DNA of 55,867 nt from Candidatus Omnitrophota bacterium (GCA_043797665.1 JAZDPL010000060.1:1-55867); one strand, 5' to 3'. Positions 1 to 9,403 are shown, counted from the stretch's first letter. Translations and numbers: made by a program. The notes: generated from the sequence alone by a model not told the origin.

Positions 1-211
1 AGGTGTATGACAGGATTCTTTCCAAATTCAGACAAACAATAAAACTTTGTAAGAACGCAAAAACCGTTGGCACACAAAGCGTTCCTGAACAATCAGCCCA
101 AGAAAAAACCTCTGTTTAAAATTGCACCCAGCGGACTGCACGTCCACTGGGTAATAGTTACACTTCTTTTTATTTCCAAGGAATAATATTAGCGAATAAA
201 CAATAACGGTT

Positions 212-619
212 CTATCGCGCCGGCAGGTTGGATTTAGCCCAACTGTAAAATCTCTCAGCCGTTTTTGTTATCTCCAAGGCCTCAACCCGACGAAACTCCC
301 TGTTTTCGTAAGCGATGAGGTTTTTCTTGGCAACTATCCTTTTGAACGTGGCAACCTCTCCGGTCAGTTTTTGGGGTAGGCGCAGCAAGAGATCGGCTGC
401 CTGCATATGGTCCTCACCGATTGACCGAACACCAAGATGAAAAACCAACAACGCATCGCAGCATGATATGGCACAATGCACGGCATTAAGGCCTGCGGCG
501 GTCCAATTCGCTGAATCAAAAACCTTCAGCATGATATCGTGAAAATCGGCTGCCTTCTTGAGATAGATGCGGTAATCGCTCTTTTCCACTGTTTCTATTT
601 TTAATTTCTTGGGAGTCAT
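212..619 (-). CDS. HEPN-domain protein, putative toxin partner of a HEPN/MNT (HepT/MntA-like) pair
   Basis: Translated ORF 212..700 has an R-x5-H motif (RSIGEDH), which fits a HEPN domain. An internal Met (MTPKK) at 617-619 gives a 4-nt ATGA overlap (616-619 reads tcat on the + strand) with the stop of the upstream NTase gene, so the start is placed at 619. The longer ORF reaching 700 cannot be excluded. Confidence 0.65.
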   Translation of the reverse strand: MTPKKLKIETVEKSDYRIYLKKAADFHDIMLKVFDSANWTAAGLNAVHCAISCCDALLVFHLGVRSIGEDHMQAADLLLRLPQKLTGEVATFKRIVAKKNLIAYENREFRRVEALEITKTAERFYSWAKSNLPAR

Positions 620-1281
620 AATATTTCTTTGGCCTCCTTTCCGTAAATCCGTTTGTTGTTGAGTAATATGTTTCTTATAACTGCCAATTTTTTCTTGCAT
701 TTGGCCCTGAACTCGGCTTCCGTGTTGATATAAGGCGAAACGGTATTCCCGAATTTCGAAGATATCTCCTTATCTATTTCCTCAAATAAACTCTCCACTT
801 TCTGTCGGCGCTTTGCGTTTCGTATAATTACGGCCAGATCAATATCGCTGGTGGATCGTTCCTTGGCCAGACTTACACTGCCGAACAAAGAGACGCTTAC
901 AATATCTTTCTTGGTGTTAGTAGAAGCGCCTATTTTGTCCTTTATCGTTTCTACGATGTTGTTCAATACTTTATCTTCTTTGGTAAAAAGAGGTCGCAAT
1001 AGATCTGAAACCAAATAGGTATCCTCTTTAAGGTTATAGAGATGGGTCTTACCGACATTCCGAAGGATAAGCGCGCCCTCTTTGTATAGACCTTGAAGGG
1101 CTTTGTGGGCTGTAGCAGGAGCTACGCCAACCTCCTTTGCGATCTGCCGGCCGTTCCACTGCCCGGTTGTTTTAATAAAGAACCTCAAGATTTTAACCTT
1201 TACCTCATTATCTAAAATTTTGTTTAAGGGGTCGTTGATCTTCATAAACTCGCTAATTCCTTTGTTTACGCTTCTAAACAA
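616..1281 (-). CDS. winged-HTH + minimal nucleotidyltransferase (MNT/MntA-like antitoxin)
   Basis: The N-terminal ~80 aa look like a wHTH. The C-terminal half carries the minimal NTase signature GSVSLAKERSTSDIDLAV (GS...DxD). The apparent start codon is TTG at 1279-1281, with an alternative ATG at residue 13. The gene is translationally coupled to the downstream HEPN gene. Confidence 0.7.
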   Translation of the reverse strand: MFRSVNKGISEFMKINDPLNKILDNEVKVKILRFFIKTTGQWNGRQIAKEVGVAPATAHKALQGLYKEGALILRNVGKTHLYNLKEDTYLVSDLLRPLFTKEDKVLNNIVETIKDKIGASTNTKKDIVSVSLFGSVSLAKERSTSDIDLAVIIRNAKRRQKVESLFEEIDKEISSKFGNTVSPYINTEAEFRAKCKKKLAVIRNILLNNKRIYGKEAKEIL

Positions 1282-1291
1282 GTGTTTAGAG
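1273..1291. promoter_or_regulatory. perfect inverted repeat TCTAAACA-agt-TGTTTAGA overlapping the NTase gene start, with a third half-site-like AAACAAGTA just upstream; candidate autoregulatory operator
   Basis: The palindrome is read directly from the sequence. Its position at the start of a TA operon whose first gene carries an HTH is what suggests an operator. Confidence 0.4.
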
Positions 1292-1494
1292 ATTTAAACA
1301 AGTATAGCATTGATAAATAACTTATGTCAACAGAAATTACAGCTCAGGATTATTGTAGAACAGTTTACCTTTTTCAAAAGTTTGTTTTTCAAGTTAATTA
1401 CGACTGGATGGTGGGGTATAGTTGATAACAAAATCCGGCAAAGATAGAGGCGGGGATTAAATAAAGAGTTGGTATACAGCCGATTATGGGAAGA

Positions 1495-3447
1495 TTATCG
1501 CGAAATTATCTCAGATATCTCTTTCTTAACCTTGGCCAACCTTTCCCAGGTCTCTTTCACGAAAGAATCGTCCCTGGCTAAGGTATGGCTGGAACGATAA
1601 TCCGGAATTACTCTTATCCCGCGCGCATCATCCTTTTCCCGGGAACTCTGGGTATCGGCGGCAATTTTTTCTTCCATCGTTTTAAGTTCCGTCAAAATTT
1701 CTTTAATACCCTGCCCGGGAAATTCCGCAATTAAGATTCCCCTTTCGTGTTCCCAACGGCGGTCATCGGAGAAAATATCAAGAATCCGGTTCAGGTTCTC
1801 TTTCTCACCTTTTGTAATGAGTTCCTTTACTTTTCTGAACAGACCGTCAGCAGCATAGTGCTTAATATAAAAAGAATATGTTTCTATTCCTTTTTTGCGG
1901 TTGGCTTCCAATAGATAGTTTTTGCCTAACCCCGGGATATCTTTTTCCAAATAAAAATCCTTAGTCTTTTTAACATTGGAAAGTCTTGTCCGGCCGGAAA
2001 TCATCATCTCCACAATCTCCGTCCGGAAAACCTCAAAATCAAATTGGGTCCGCCGGGCTTTATTTCTCTTCCGGTACTTTCCCTCGTTTCTTTTGATAGT
2101 ATAGACATCGTCCGAAAGAACCCAGCCGGGCATAATTTCACTGAAGGCAGGCGATATACCGGGCAAATTTCTACCGGGAGTATTGAGCAAAGAAAAAGGA
2201 AAGGTGACCTTTCCCGGAAGAACCATTACCCCGGTGGCGATGATGGAGTAAGGTGCCTGGGAAAAATCAGCCGGATATTTAATATTCACGCCCAGGCCAA
2301 AGAATATCCCTTCACCGCACCAGACTTCCTGGTCGGGCATCCTGGAGGGATGGTTACTTCCTATATTGGCACCATATCCGACATTCCCCTTTCCCTCGGG
2401 CCAATAGGCAGCGATTAAAAGAGCCTGATGATGAAAACCCACAAACGGACCAACCAGCGATGAGGTAATCTCCCCTTCCCCTACGCCTGAATTCGGCGCG
2501 ATGAAACTTTCGGTGACCTTGCCGTGCCTTTCGCAATTCGAATGTTCAGCCATCACTGAATTCACGCAGAGCCCGAAAGTCGTCACCTCGCTTCCCCACT
2601 GAAGAATTGAATTCTTCACAAACCCGCCGTGAGAAACCTCGGTCCTTTCTTCCGCGTTACTCAAAACGGTGCTGTTGATAACCGCACAAGCACCGTCAAT
2701 CCTCCCGGCCGGGCCGATGTATGAGTCTTCCACAGTAGGTGTATCTAATAATACTGCGGATTCGTCAATTATTCCTTTTTCCGCATTTATTTTGCCAAGG
2801 TAGTTTTCAATGAATTTGTCGTATGAATCTAAGAACCGCTCTTCTCTTCTGGTGGCTACCTCGACAGCAATCTTCAAATCAATCTCGGCAAATCCTTTCA
2901 CATTCCGGCCGCCGGTTTCGATACAGAGAACCAGAGGATGACCATTACCGAATTTTACGCCTCTTCCACAGGTTACTCTTCCCAGATCAAAGAGGACCGC
3001 TCCTTTCCGAACCAGATAGTTGGAAAGAAGTCTTACGTTCTTTATCAGGACATCGTCCTCAATTTTACAGTCTGTCAGGGTGGCGTTATAGATACCGGCA
3101 GGATGAAGGAATTCTTCCGCAACACCTTTAAAAGAACCCAGATAGACCTCCCCGAAGAAAAAGGAGTTTCTTATTCTTTCCGGGTTGAACCCATCACTTA
3201 CTTTAACCTTCTTCCAGTCCGCCGCGAAGTTCCCGTTTTTCTCCAGTTTCTTTATCTGGATTAAGGTAAGACTCTTAAACCTCTTCCCGTCTTTCCGGGA
3301 AATCCTCCGGAGAAATTCGGATTTAGACAACAATCCGGTAAAATCAATTTCCAACCTGACCTCCGTAAATGTAAAATTATACCACACCTCAAAAACCCGG
3401 TTTCTCCACTTTAATCCCGTAGAGGCTCTCGGCATTTTCGTAGGCAA
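1495..3447 (-). CDS. hexapeptide-repeat (left-handed beta-helix) protein, ~650 aa, function unknown (possibly DUF4954-like)
   Basis: The central region has long runs of imperfect [LIV]-G-x-x-x-x hexapeptide repeats (GPAGRIDGACAVINSTVLSNAEERTEVSHGGFVKNSIL..., GYGANIGSNH...). There is no internal Met for a long distance, so the start overlaps the 3' end of the amidohydrolase gene by 47-59 nt. The family assignment is from memory only. Confidence 0.55.
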   Translation of the reverse strand: MPTKMPRASTGLKWRNRVFEVWYNFTFTEVRLEIDFTGLLSKSEFLRRISRKDGKRFKSLTLIQIKKLEKNGNFAADWKKVKVSDGFNPERIRNSFFFGEVYLGSFKGVAEEFLHPAGIYNATLTDCKIEDDVLIKNVRLLSNYLVRKGAVLFDLGRVTCGRGVKFGNGHPLVLCIETGGRNVKGFAEIDLKIAVEVATRREERFLDSYDKFIENYLGKINAEKGIIDESAVLLDTPTVEDSYIGPAGRIDGACAVINSTVLSNAEERTEVSHGGFVKNSILQWGSEVTTFGLCVNSVMAEHSNCERHGKVTESFIAPNSGVGEGEITSSLVGPFVGFHHQALLIAAYWPEGKGNVGYGANIGSNHPSRMPDQEVWCGEGIFFGLGVNIKYPADFSQAPYSIIATGVMVLPGKVTFPFSLLNTPGRNLPGISPAFSEIMPGWVLSDDVYTIKRNEGKYRKRNKARRTQFDFEVFRTEIVEMMISGRTRLSNVKKTKDFYLEKDIPGLGKNYLLEANRKKGIETYSFYIKHYAADGLFRKVKELITKGEKENLNRILDIFSDDRRWEHERGILIAEFPGQGIKEILTELKTMEEKIAADTQSSREKDDARGIRVIPDYRSSHTLARDDSFVKETWERLAKVKKEISEIISR

Positions 3448-4486
3448 CCTTGCGCGCCACCTCAGGAGAAAGTTGAGAAAGAATCAGCCTGGATCCCCTG
3501 GTACTGTCGGGAAACTGCTGCGGAAGTTTAGGATCGCAATAGAACATATCACTTCCCAGTAAAAACCTGCCCGGGAAATCACCGATAATTTTCTTCCACT
3601 CAGGTTTAAGTTTGCCGGTGCTGTCAAGAATTCGGTTCCGGGAAAAACTGTGGCTATGGTCTTTCAAACTGAAATAGAGATTGGGATGTTTCGCTAAAAG
3701 ACGCCGGATTAATTCTACCGTCATCGCTCCGGTATGGTCCCAACCGGCGTGCGCCCAGACAATGCGGACTTTTCGATTGTATGCCAGCAAACGCTCCAAC
3801 AGTTTGATATTTTCCTTCAGGAATTCCGGGTTTTTGTCACTGCGTTTAGTAAACTGGTCCTGCGGAAAAGAGAAATCATCCCGGGGTACCGCCTCCATAT
3901 GAATGTCGATGGGCAAATTATGCTCCGCGGCGATATCAGACAGAAGCCGAAAAAGCGGATGGTCTGGAGAAACGGAAAGATAAGGGTGATTCTGAAAAAA
4001 GGAAAAATGTTCCATGGCAAACTCACCAAACCCAACCGCACCCGCCTTGACAATCTCTTCCGCCTTTCCCCTGAACTCCTTGCGCATTGCCTCAGTCACC
4101 CTTCCCGCTTTAGCGGACTTATAGATCATCGGATTGAGCAACCCACCGCCACCGAGAAAAGCAAAACGTGCGGGATTTTTTTTAACTATCTCTGCCAGAA
4201 CCTGGTAGTCATAAAGGTTCGGGTTATCAGAGGTAAACGGCTGAGGCATCAGTAAACATTTCCGGATACCTAAACTGTCCATAGAGTTCAAAGCCGCCTC
4301 CGTCGCGGCATTAAACCCGGCATCTGAGTTCGCGGTAAGATGCACGTGGGTCTCTACGTAACGAATAGACGTAGACTCAGCCCTACCCTCCCCCTTCTTT
4401 CCCTCAGCCAAAACATTCCGGGGATAACCAATAAGTAAACCCAGCAACAAAACAGACCGGCCATAATAATAAAATCCCTTTCTCAT
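3389..4486 (-). CDS. secreted metal-dependent amidohydrolase-family (TIM-barrel) protein
   Basis: The HVHL and WAHAGWDH motifs are typical of amidohydrolase-2-like proteins. A signal-peptide-like N-terminus begins at MRKGFYYYGRSVLLLGLL, so the start is moved from 4513 to 4486. Confidence 0.65.
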   Translation of the reverse strand: MRKGFYYYGRSVLLLGLLIGYPRNVLAEGKKGEGRAESTSIRYVETHVHLTANSDAGFNAATEAALNSMDSLGIRKCLLMPQPFTSDNPNLYDYQVLAEIVKKNPARFAFLGGGGLLNPMIYKSAKAGRVTEAMRKEFRGKAEEIVKAGAVGFGEFAMEHFSFFQNHPYLSVSPDHPLFRLLSDIAAEHNLPIDIHMEAVPRDDFSFPQDQFTKRSDKNPEFLKENIKLLERLLAYNRKVRIVWAHAGWDHTGAMTVELIRRLLAKHPNLYFSLKDHSHSFSRNRILDSTGKLKPEWKKIIGDFPGRFLLGSDMFYCDPKLPQQFPDSTRGSRLILSQLSPEVARKVAYENAESLYGIKVEKPGF

Positions 4487-4510
4487 ATCTTTCCTCCTCA
4501 CGTAGTGCAC

Positions 4511-4539
4511 CATTCAGGAAGCGGAGAGGGTGGGATTCG
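4511..4539 (-). repeat. partial duplicate of the tRNA-Ser T-loop/acceptor 3' end plus 9 nt of 3' flank, abutting the conserved junction GGCGCCCTC
   Basis: cggagagggtgggattcg at 4522-4539 matches 4646-4663 inside the tRNA. ttcaggaag matches 4632-4640. This copy lacks the 5' half of a tRNA. Confidence 0.7.
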
Positions 4540-4645
4540 GCGCCCTCAGCTTTCACTACGCTTCGGGTCGGCCACCCGCTGGAATTGCTGCCTATTCGTC
4601 GCAATTCCTGACTTCGCTCCCTTCGAATCCCTTCAGGAAGATTAG

Positions 4646-4732
4646 CGGAGAGGGTGGGATTCGAACCCACGAGCCTTTTGAGGGGCTACACGATTTCCAA
4701 TCGTGCCGGTTCAGCCGCTCTCGCACCTCTCC
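4646..4732 (-). tRNA. tRNA-Ser (anticodon GGA), class II with long variable arm
   Basis: Reverse complement: GGAGAGG acceptor, anticodon stem CACGA/TCGTG with loop TTGGAAA, long variable arm, T-arm GTGGG-TTCGAAT-CCCAC, acceptor 3' CCTCTCC, discriminator G. CCA is not encoded. One A-C mismatch in the D-stem. Confidence 0.8.
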
Positions 4733-4752
4733 GTAAATCTAATACAAACGAG

Positions 4753-4810
4753 GTAGGGGTTTGATTTATCAAACCCGACCACTTTCGGGCTCAATAAATT
4801 GAGCCCCTAC
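4753..4810 (+). repeat. REP-like double-hairpin element, divergent variant (R1), preceded by an inverted tail-module fragment ctaatacaaacg
   Basis: gtaggggtttgatttatcaaacccgacc actttc gggctcaataaattgagcccctac. The second hairpin is replaced but the structure is kept. The element overlaps the stop codon of the nitroreductase gene. Confidence 0.6.
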
Positions 4811-5394
4811 CTTTCAAGGGAAACGGTGTTGTGGTGAAGAATTTCTTTCAGGCTGCGTTTGGGTACGTGAAGGTTTCCTTTTTCGTCCAACCAGTATTTG
4901 ACCGAGCCGGTAAATTCTTCGGCAAAACTTTCCTGGTCCGGATAGCCCAGGGCTAAAACCGAGTCAACGGCATATTTGTCCGGTATCTTTAAGATTTCGG
5001 CAAGTTCCTTCCGGTAGACCGAACCCAACCAGCAGATTGCCACCCCTTCTTCTAACGCGGTTAAAATCATATTTTCAATCGCGGCGGACGCATCAACCGT
5101 ACCGTACGGAGCATCCTTCTCCTGTTTGAGAAGAACAATAACGTAAGCGGTTGGTCTCTTCCCTTCCGGCGGATCTCCGGCAGGCGCGATGTAACCGGCC
5201 CACTTCAGGGTGGTAAATACTTCTGCCACCAGAGCCGGTTCATCAACCACCAGGTATTCACACGGCTGTAAGTTTGCCGCGGAAGGAGCCAGCCTGGCTG
5301 CATTGACCATCTTTTCCATGACCGCATAAGGAACCGGTTTGGGTTGAAACCGCCGAATCGTGCGCCGTTTCAGAATCGTTTCATAGACCGTCAT
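4807..5394 (-). CDS. nitroreductase-family flavoprotein
   Basis: RRFQPKPVP...APSAANLQP and the overall ~195 aa length are typical of the NfsB/NADH-oxidase-type nitroreductase fold. Confidence 0.8.
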   Translation of the reverse strand: MTVYETILKRRTIRRFQPKPVPYAVMEKMVNAARLAPSAANLQPCEYLVVDEPALVAEVFTTLKWAGYIAPAGDPPEGKRPTAYVIVLLKQEKDAPYGTVDASAAIENMILTALEEGVAICWLGSVYRKELAEILKIPDKYAVDSVLALGYPDQESFAEEFTGSVKYWLDEKGNLHVPKRSLKEILHHNTVSLER

Positions 5395-5406
5395 CGCTAA
5401 CCTCCT

Positions 5407-6381
5407 TTAAAACGCAACATCAACCATGTCGGATTTGGTGATGACCTGGATGATAAATTTTACCATCTCAAAGTACCCGTGCGCAAAGTTCTGCCGGGGA
5501 AAGAAACCATCTAACAGACCCGCCAGGTTGAAGAAGATAAAGAGGATACCGAAGAAGAGCGCGGAGTAACCTCTCCAGCGGAGATTGCCCAATAGTTCCT
5601 TTTCACTCCGGGTGGCAAGGATAAACGGACGGTGGGTTGAAGGTTTGGCAACGATTAAGGTTTCCAAAGGATGGCTGCTGGCTTCGGTAAATAATTTTTC
5701 CTTTACCTTTTCTTCGGTCTCCGCTACCGCTTTATCCCACTCCTGAAAGTCTAATTTACCATCTTTGTTCTCATCGTAGGCGGCTGTCTTCTCCGGACTG
5801 CCCCGGAGGACCGCTAACTGGTCACCAACCTCTTCCTGCAAATCAGACAGAGAGGTCCGTTTCTTTACCTCACCCATTATGTAAAGAAACATCCGGGGGT
5901 AGATTGCCCGTTCCAAATAACGGGTGGTACCCTCTTCAATCTTAACGAAACCGGAATCGAACTTAGTATAGTAAGTCTCACAGGGTAAATCCAACTCTGC
6001 GTCGGCTGGGTCAACCAGAACTTTGTTTCCCTTTTCATCCTTAAGGTAAAACGGGACAAAAAGAAACCCGGAGTCAATGGTATGCCAGGAAGTAGTCCGG
6101 CCGCGCCTGGTATAGGTAACCCGCAGTTCCTGACATTTATACTTAGTCAGACAACACTTTTGTCCGGTCGCCGGACTGATAACGGGGTCTCGTAACTCAA
6201 CGAAACCGTTGATTTCCGCTAAACCAAGTGCCAGCGAACGAATCCGGGAAGTAGGTGTCGCGGTAATCCAGACTACCTGGGGTAAGAGTTTAAAAAAACT
6301 GCGGAAGAAGAGGTAAAAACCGAAGAGGAGAAAGAGGGTAAGGACGACAAGTGTGGGCGATTCTCCTGCCACCATACACAA
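5407..6381 (-). CDS. membrane protein with an EF-hand-like Ca-binding loop, function unknown
   Basis: Hydrophobic N-terminal and C-terminal segments. DENKDGKLDFQE fits the DxNxDGxLxxxE EF-hand loop. Confidence 0.45.
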   Translation of the reverse strand: MCMVAGESPTLVVLTLFLLFGFYLFFRSFFKLLPQVVWITATPTSRIRSLALGLAEINGFVELRDPVISPATGQKCCLTKYKCQELRVTYTRRGRTTSWHTIDSGFLFVPFYLKDEKGNKVLVDPADAELDLPCETYYTKFDSGFVKIEEGTTRYLERAIYPRMFLYIMGEVKKRTSLSDLQEEVGDQLAVLRGSPEKTAAYDENKDGKLDFQEWDKAVAETEEKVKEKLFTEASSHPLETLIVAKPSTHRPFILATRSEKELLGNLRWRGYSALFFGILFIFFNLAGLLDGFFPRQNFAHGYFEMVKFIIQVITKSDMVDVAF

Positions 6382-6407
6382 TTTTGTGGGGGTTCAAACG
6401 TCAAAAA

Positions 6408-8801
6408 TTATACTGCGGTTGTGGTGGCGAAGGCACGGTCCAAAACTTCTTCGATGCTGTCCACCGGAATAATCTCCAGACCGGTCAGTTCGCGCTTCGG
6501 AATTTCGGCAAGGTCTTTCTGGTTATCCTTGGGAATGATGACCCTCTTGATTCCGGCCCGGGAAGCAGCCAGAAGCTTCGCCCGCAAGCCTCCGATAGGC
6601 ATAACCTTGCCCCGTAAAGTTATTTCGCCGGTCATCGCCAGGTCTCCGGGAACCGGCTTTTGGGCTAAGCGCGAGGCTAAGGCGGTGGCGATAGTAATTC
6701 CAGCCGAAGGACCATCCTTGGGAACTGCCCCTGAAGGGATATGGATGTGCAGGTCTTGCTTGCGGAAAGAGTCCGGGTCTATCTTCAGATCTTCACTGTG
6801 CATGCGCACTAAACTCAAGGCAATACGGCAGGATTCTTTCATTACGTCACCCAGACGGCCGGTAATAATCAGATTACCCTTACCTTTTAATACCCCAACC
6901 TCCGTGAAGATAACGTCACCGCCATATTCGGTCCAGGCTAAACCGGTAACCACACCAATCTTGGGAACTAAGTCTGATTTTTCGTCCAGGTACTGGGGAA
7001 CGCCTAAGTATTTAGAAGCCAGGCGTTTGGTAACTCTTATCAGGCTTCCGTTACCCGGGCCGTTCAATTCCTTTTCTTTGACTACCTTCCGGCAGATGGT
7101 GGCAATCCGGCGCTGAAGGTTACGGACGCCTGCTTCCCGGGTGTAAGCTCTGATAACCTCGGCAAGCGACTCTTCGGTGAAAAGTAGTTCCTCCGGTTTT
7201 AAACCGTTATCCGTAATCTCGCGGGGAATTAAGAATTTTTTGGCTATTTCAATCTTTTCGGTCAGGGTGTAGCCGGGCAACGAAATAATTTCCATCCGGT
7301 CCAGAAGGGGCGGAGGAATCGTGGCCTCATTATTGGCGGTCGTAATAAATAAAACCTGGGAGAGGTCAAAATCCACCTCCAGGTAATGGTCATTAAAGGT
7401 ATTGTTCTGCTCCGGGTCTAAAACCTCTAAGAGCGCATAGGATGGGTCACCACGAAAATCTATGCCAATCTTGTCCACCTCGTCCAGGAGAAAAACCGGG
7501 TTCCTTACACTGACCTTCCGAAGAGACTGGATAATCCGGCCGGGTAAAGAGCCGATGTAGGTCCGGCGATGTCCCCGGATTTCCGCCTCGTCGCGAACTC
7601 CGCCCAACGAAATCCGGGTAAACTGCCGGTCTAAAGCCCGGGCAATGGATTTGCCCAACGAGGTTTTACCGCTGCCGGGCGGACCCACAAAACAGAGAAT
7701 CGGACCTTTCAGATTGGGGTTTCTTTTCCGCACCGCCAAGTACTCCAGGATACGCTCTTTTGGCTTTTCCAGACCGTAGTGATCTTCCTCTAAAATGGTC
7801 CCGGCGCGCCTGATATCTAAGTTATCCTCGGTTACCTTTTGCCAGGGAAGGTTAACCATCCAGTCAAGATAGTTCCGGATGACCGTGGCTTCCGGAGAAA
7901 GGCTCATCATCTTGGAGAACCGGTCCAGTTCCTCCATCGCTTTCTTCTTGACCGTCTCCGGCATGCCCGCGGCTTCAATCTTTTCCTGAATTGACTTGAC
8001 TTCCGAACTTTCGGTTTCTTTACCCAGCTCCTGCTGGATGGTCTTAATCTGTTCCTGGAGTATATAATCCCGCTGGTTCTTCTCTATCTTTTTGAATACC
8101 TCGCCCTGAATCTTATGCTGAATCTCCAGGACCTCAATCTCTTTTTTCAATATTTGCAGAAGGAGCCGGAACCGGTTGGGAAGGTCGTCAATCTCCAGAA
8201 CCTTCGCCTTATCCTCTTTCTTTAAGGGCAGGTACCCGGACACCATATCGGTCAACTTTTCCGGGTCATTGAAGGAAAAGAGGTTGCCTTGAAGTTCCCG
8301 GGGGATAATGGGGTTAAGGCGGAGATAAATCTCCACCGTCTCTCCAAGCAGGCGTACACTCGCCTCTTCTTCAGGACCGGGCTGACGGAAAACGGCTAAA
8401 ACCTCTACGCCGGTGGCAAAGTAGCGCGATTCTACGTAGACCGTATTTATTCGTACCCGGAAGAGCGCTTCTACCAGAACTTTTACCTGTCCGTTATTCT
8501 GGTGGACCACCTGAAGGATTTTCGCCACCACCCCTACCGAAAAGAGGTCTGCCTTAGACGGTTCCTCGGTCTCGGAATTCTTCTGGAAAACCAGGACCGC
8601 CAGGTTATCGGTAACCCGTGCTTCTTCTATCGCGTTGACGGTCTTTGGCCTGCCCACCAGAAGGGGTACCACCATTCCGGGAAAGACTATGATATCCCTT
8701 AAGGGAATGGTGGGCATAATCTCGTGAAGACGAATTTCCTCAACTTTGGACTGATTCTTCACCAAATCCAGAACCTCATCCTTTTTTCGGAACCGTGCCA
8801 T
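6408..8801 (-). CDS. lon: ATP-dependent Lon protease
   Basis: LON N-domain, Walker A GPPGSGKTS, and protease domain with the PKDGPSAG serine motif. 797 aa. Confidence 0.95.
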   Translation of the reverse strand: MARFRKKDEVLDLVKNQSKVEEIRLHEIMPTIPLRDIIVFPGMVVPLLVGRPKTVNAIEEARVTDNLAVLVFQKNSETEEPSKADLFSVGVVAKILQVVHQNNGQVKVLVEALFRVRINTVYVESRYFATGVEVLAVFRQPGPEEEASVRLLGETVEIYLRLNPIIPRELQGNLFSFNDPEKLTDMVSGYLPLKKEDKAKVLEIDDLPNRFRLLLQILKKEIEVLEIQHKIQGEVFKKIEKNQRDYILQEQIKTIQQELGKETESSEVKSIQEKIEAAGMPETVKKKAMEELDRFSKMMSLSPEATVIRNYLDWMVNLPWQKVTEDNLDIRRAGTILEEDHYGLEKPKERILEYLAVRKRNPNLKGPILCFVGPPGSGKTSLGKSIARALDRQFTRISLGGVRDEAEIRGHRRTYIGSLPGRIIQSLRKVSVRNPVFLLDEVDKIGIDFRGDPSYALLEVLDPEQNNTFNDHYLEVDFDLSQVLFITTANNEATIPPPLLDRMEIISLPGYTLTEKIEIAKKFLIPREITDNGLKPEELLFTEESLAEVIRAYTREAGVRNLQRRIATICRKVVKEKELNGPGNGSLIRVTKRLASKYLGVPQYLDEKSDLVPKIGVVTGLAWTEYGGDVIFTEVGVLKGKGNLIITGRLGDVMKESCRIALSLVRMHSEDLKIDPDSFRKQDLHIHIPSGAVPKDGPSAGITIATALASRLAQKPVPGDLAMTGEITLRGKVMPIGGLRAKLLAASRAGIKRVIIPKDNQKDLAEIPKRELTGLEIIPVDSIEEVLDRAFATTTAV

Positions 8802-8820
8802 CTTTTTCCTATTGGGGTTG

Positions 8821-9402
8821 CTAAACCCCTTTCACTAAAATGGTGTCGCAGATGCCGTATCTAACCGCCTCTTCTGCGGACATATAGAAATCACGCTCGG
8901 TATCCTTGGCGATACGCCGTATTGACTTGCCGGTATGATAGGCAAGAATATGATTGACCCCGTCCCTCAGCCGCAGCATTTCTTTAGTCTGAATGGAAAC
9001 CTCGGACACATCTCCCTGAAAACCTCCCCAGGGCTGGTGGATAAGGACCCGGGCATTGGGCAAGACATAACGTTTCCCTTTCGTACCGCCGGCCAGAAGA
9101 ACAACCGCCATACTGCTGGTCTGCCCCAGACAGTACGTGGCTACGTCGCAACCGATAAACTGCATCGTATCATAAACCGCCATGCCTGCAGTTACTATGC
9201 CGCCCGGGCTGTTGAGATAGAGATGAACGTCTTTCTTGGGATTCTCACTCTGGAGGTAAAGCAATTGCGCCACCACCACGTTGGCTACCTGGTCATCCAA
9301 CGAAGTACCGATAAAGATAATCCGGTCTTTCAGCAGCCGGGAGTAAATATCGTAAGCCCGTTCTCCGGACGGCGAGGCTTCAATAATGTATGGAATTGAC
9401 AT
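8821..9402 (-). CDS. clpP: ATP-dependent Clp protease proteolytic subunit
   Basis: [15 protein letters not shown] and the HQP triad region. The start is placed at MSIPYII, because the longer ORF overlaps tig. Confidence 0.95.
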   Translation of the reverse strand: MSIPYIIEASPSGERAYDIYSRLLKDRIIFIGTSLDDQVANVVVAQLLYLQSENPKKDVHLYLNSPGGIVTAGMAVYDTMQFIGCDVATYCLGQTSSMAVVLLAGGTKGKRYVLPNARVLIHQPWGGFQGDVSEVSIQTKEMLRLRDGVNHILAYHTGKSIRRIAKDTERDFYMSAEEAVRYGICDTILVKGV

Positions 9403-9403
9403 T

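Noticed and set aside
138-190. Hairpin cccagcgg…ccactggg followed by a T-rich tract near the left edge, a possible terminator
   Set aside because: The stem is imperfect, and there is no upstream gene visible in the window to assign it to.
3389-3447. 59-nt overlap between the hexapeptide-repeat gene start and the amidohydrolase gene end, considered as a possible frameshift or pseudogene
   Set aside because: Both ORFs are intact and in different frames. No alternative downstream start exists for the hexapeptide gene. The overlap is long but compatible with real same-strand overlapping genes, and the start could not be refined.
4511-4539. Partial tRNA copies at 4511-4539 and 10412-10430 considered as additional tRNA genes or pseudogenes
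   Set aside because: Only the T-loop/acceptor 3' strand is present. There is no D-arm, no anticodon arm and no 5' acceptor strand. The T-stem 5' strand is replaced by GGCGCC.
4511-4810. Prophage or genomic island at the tRNA-Ser and tRNA-Tyr loci
   Set aside because: No integrase, excisionase or phage gene occurs anywhere in the window. The duplicated att-like cores enclose only 100-180 bp.
6421-7116. 231-aa ORF antisense inside lon, and similar antisense ORFs inside dinG, the TPR gene, purF and the 940-aa genes
   Set aside because: They lie entirely within strongly supported genes on the opposite strand. Their composition is low-complexity and Arg/Ser/Pro-rich, typical of antisense frames. 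There are no start context signals.
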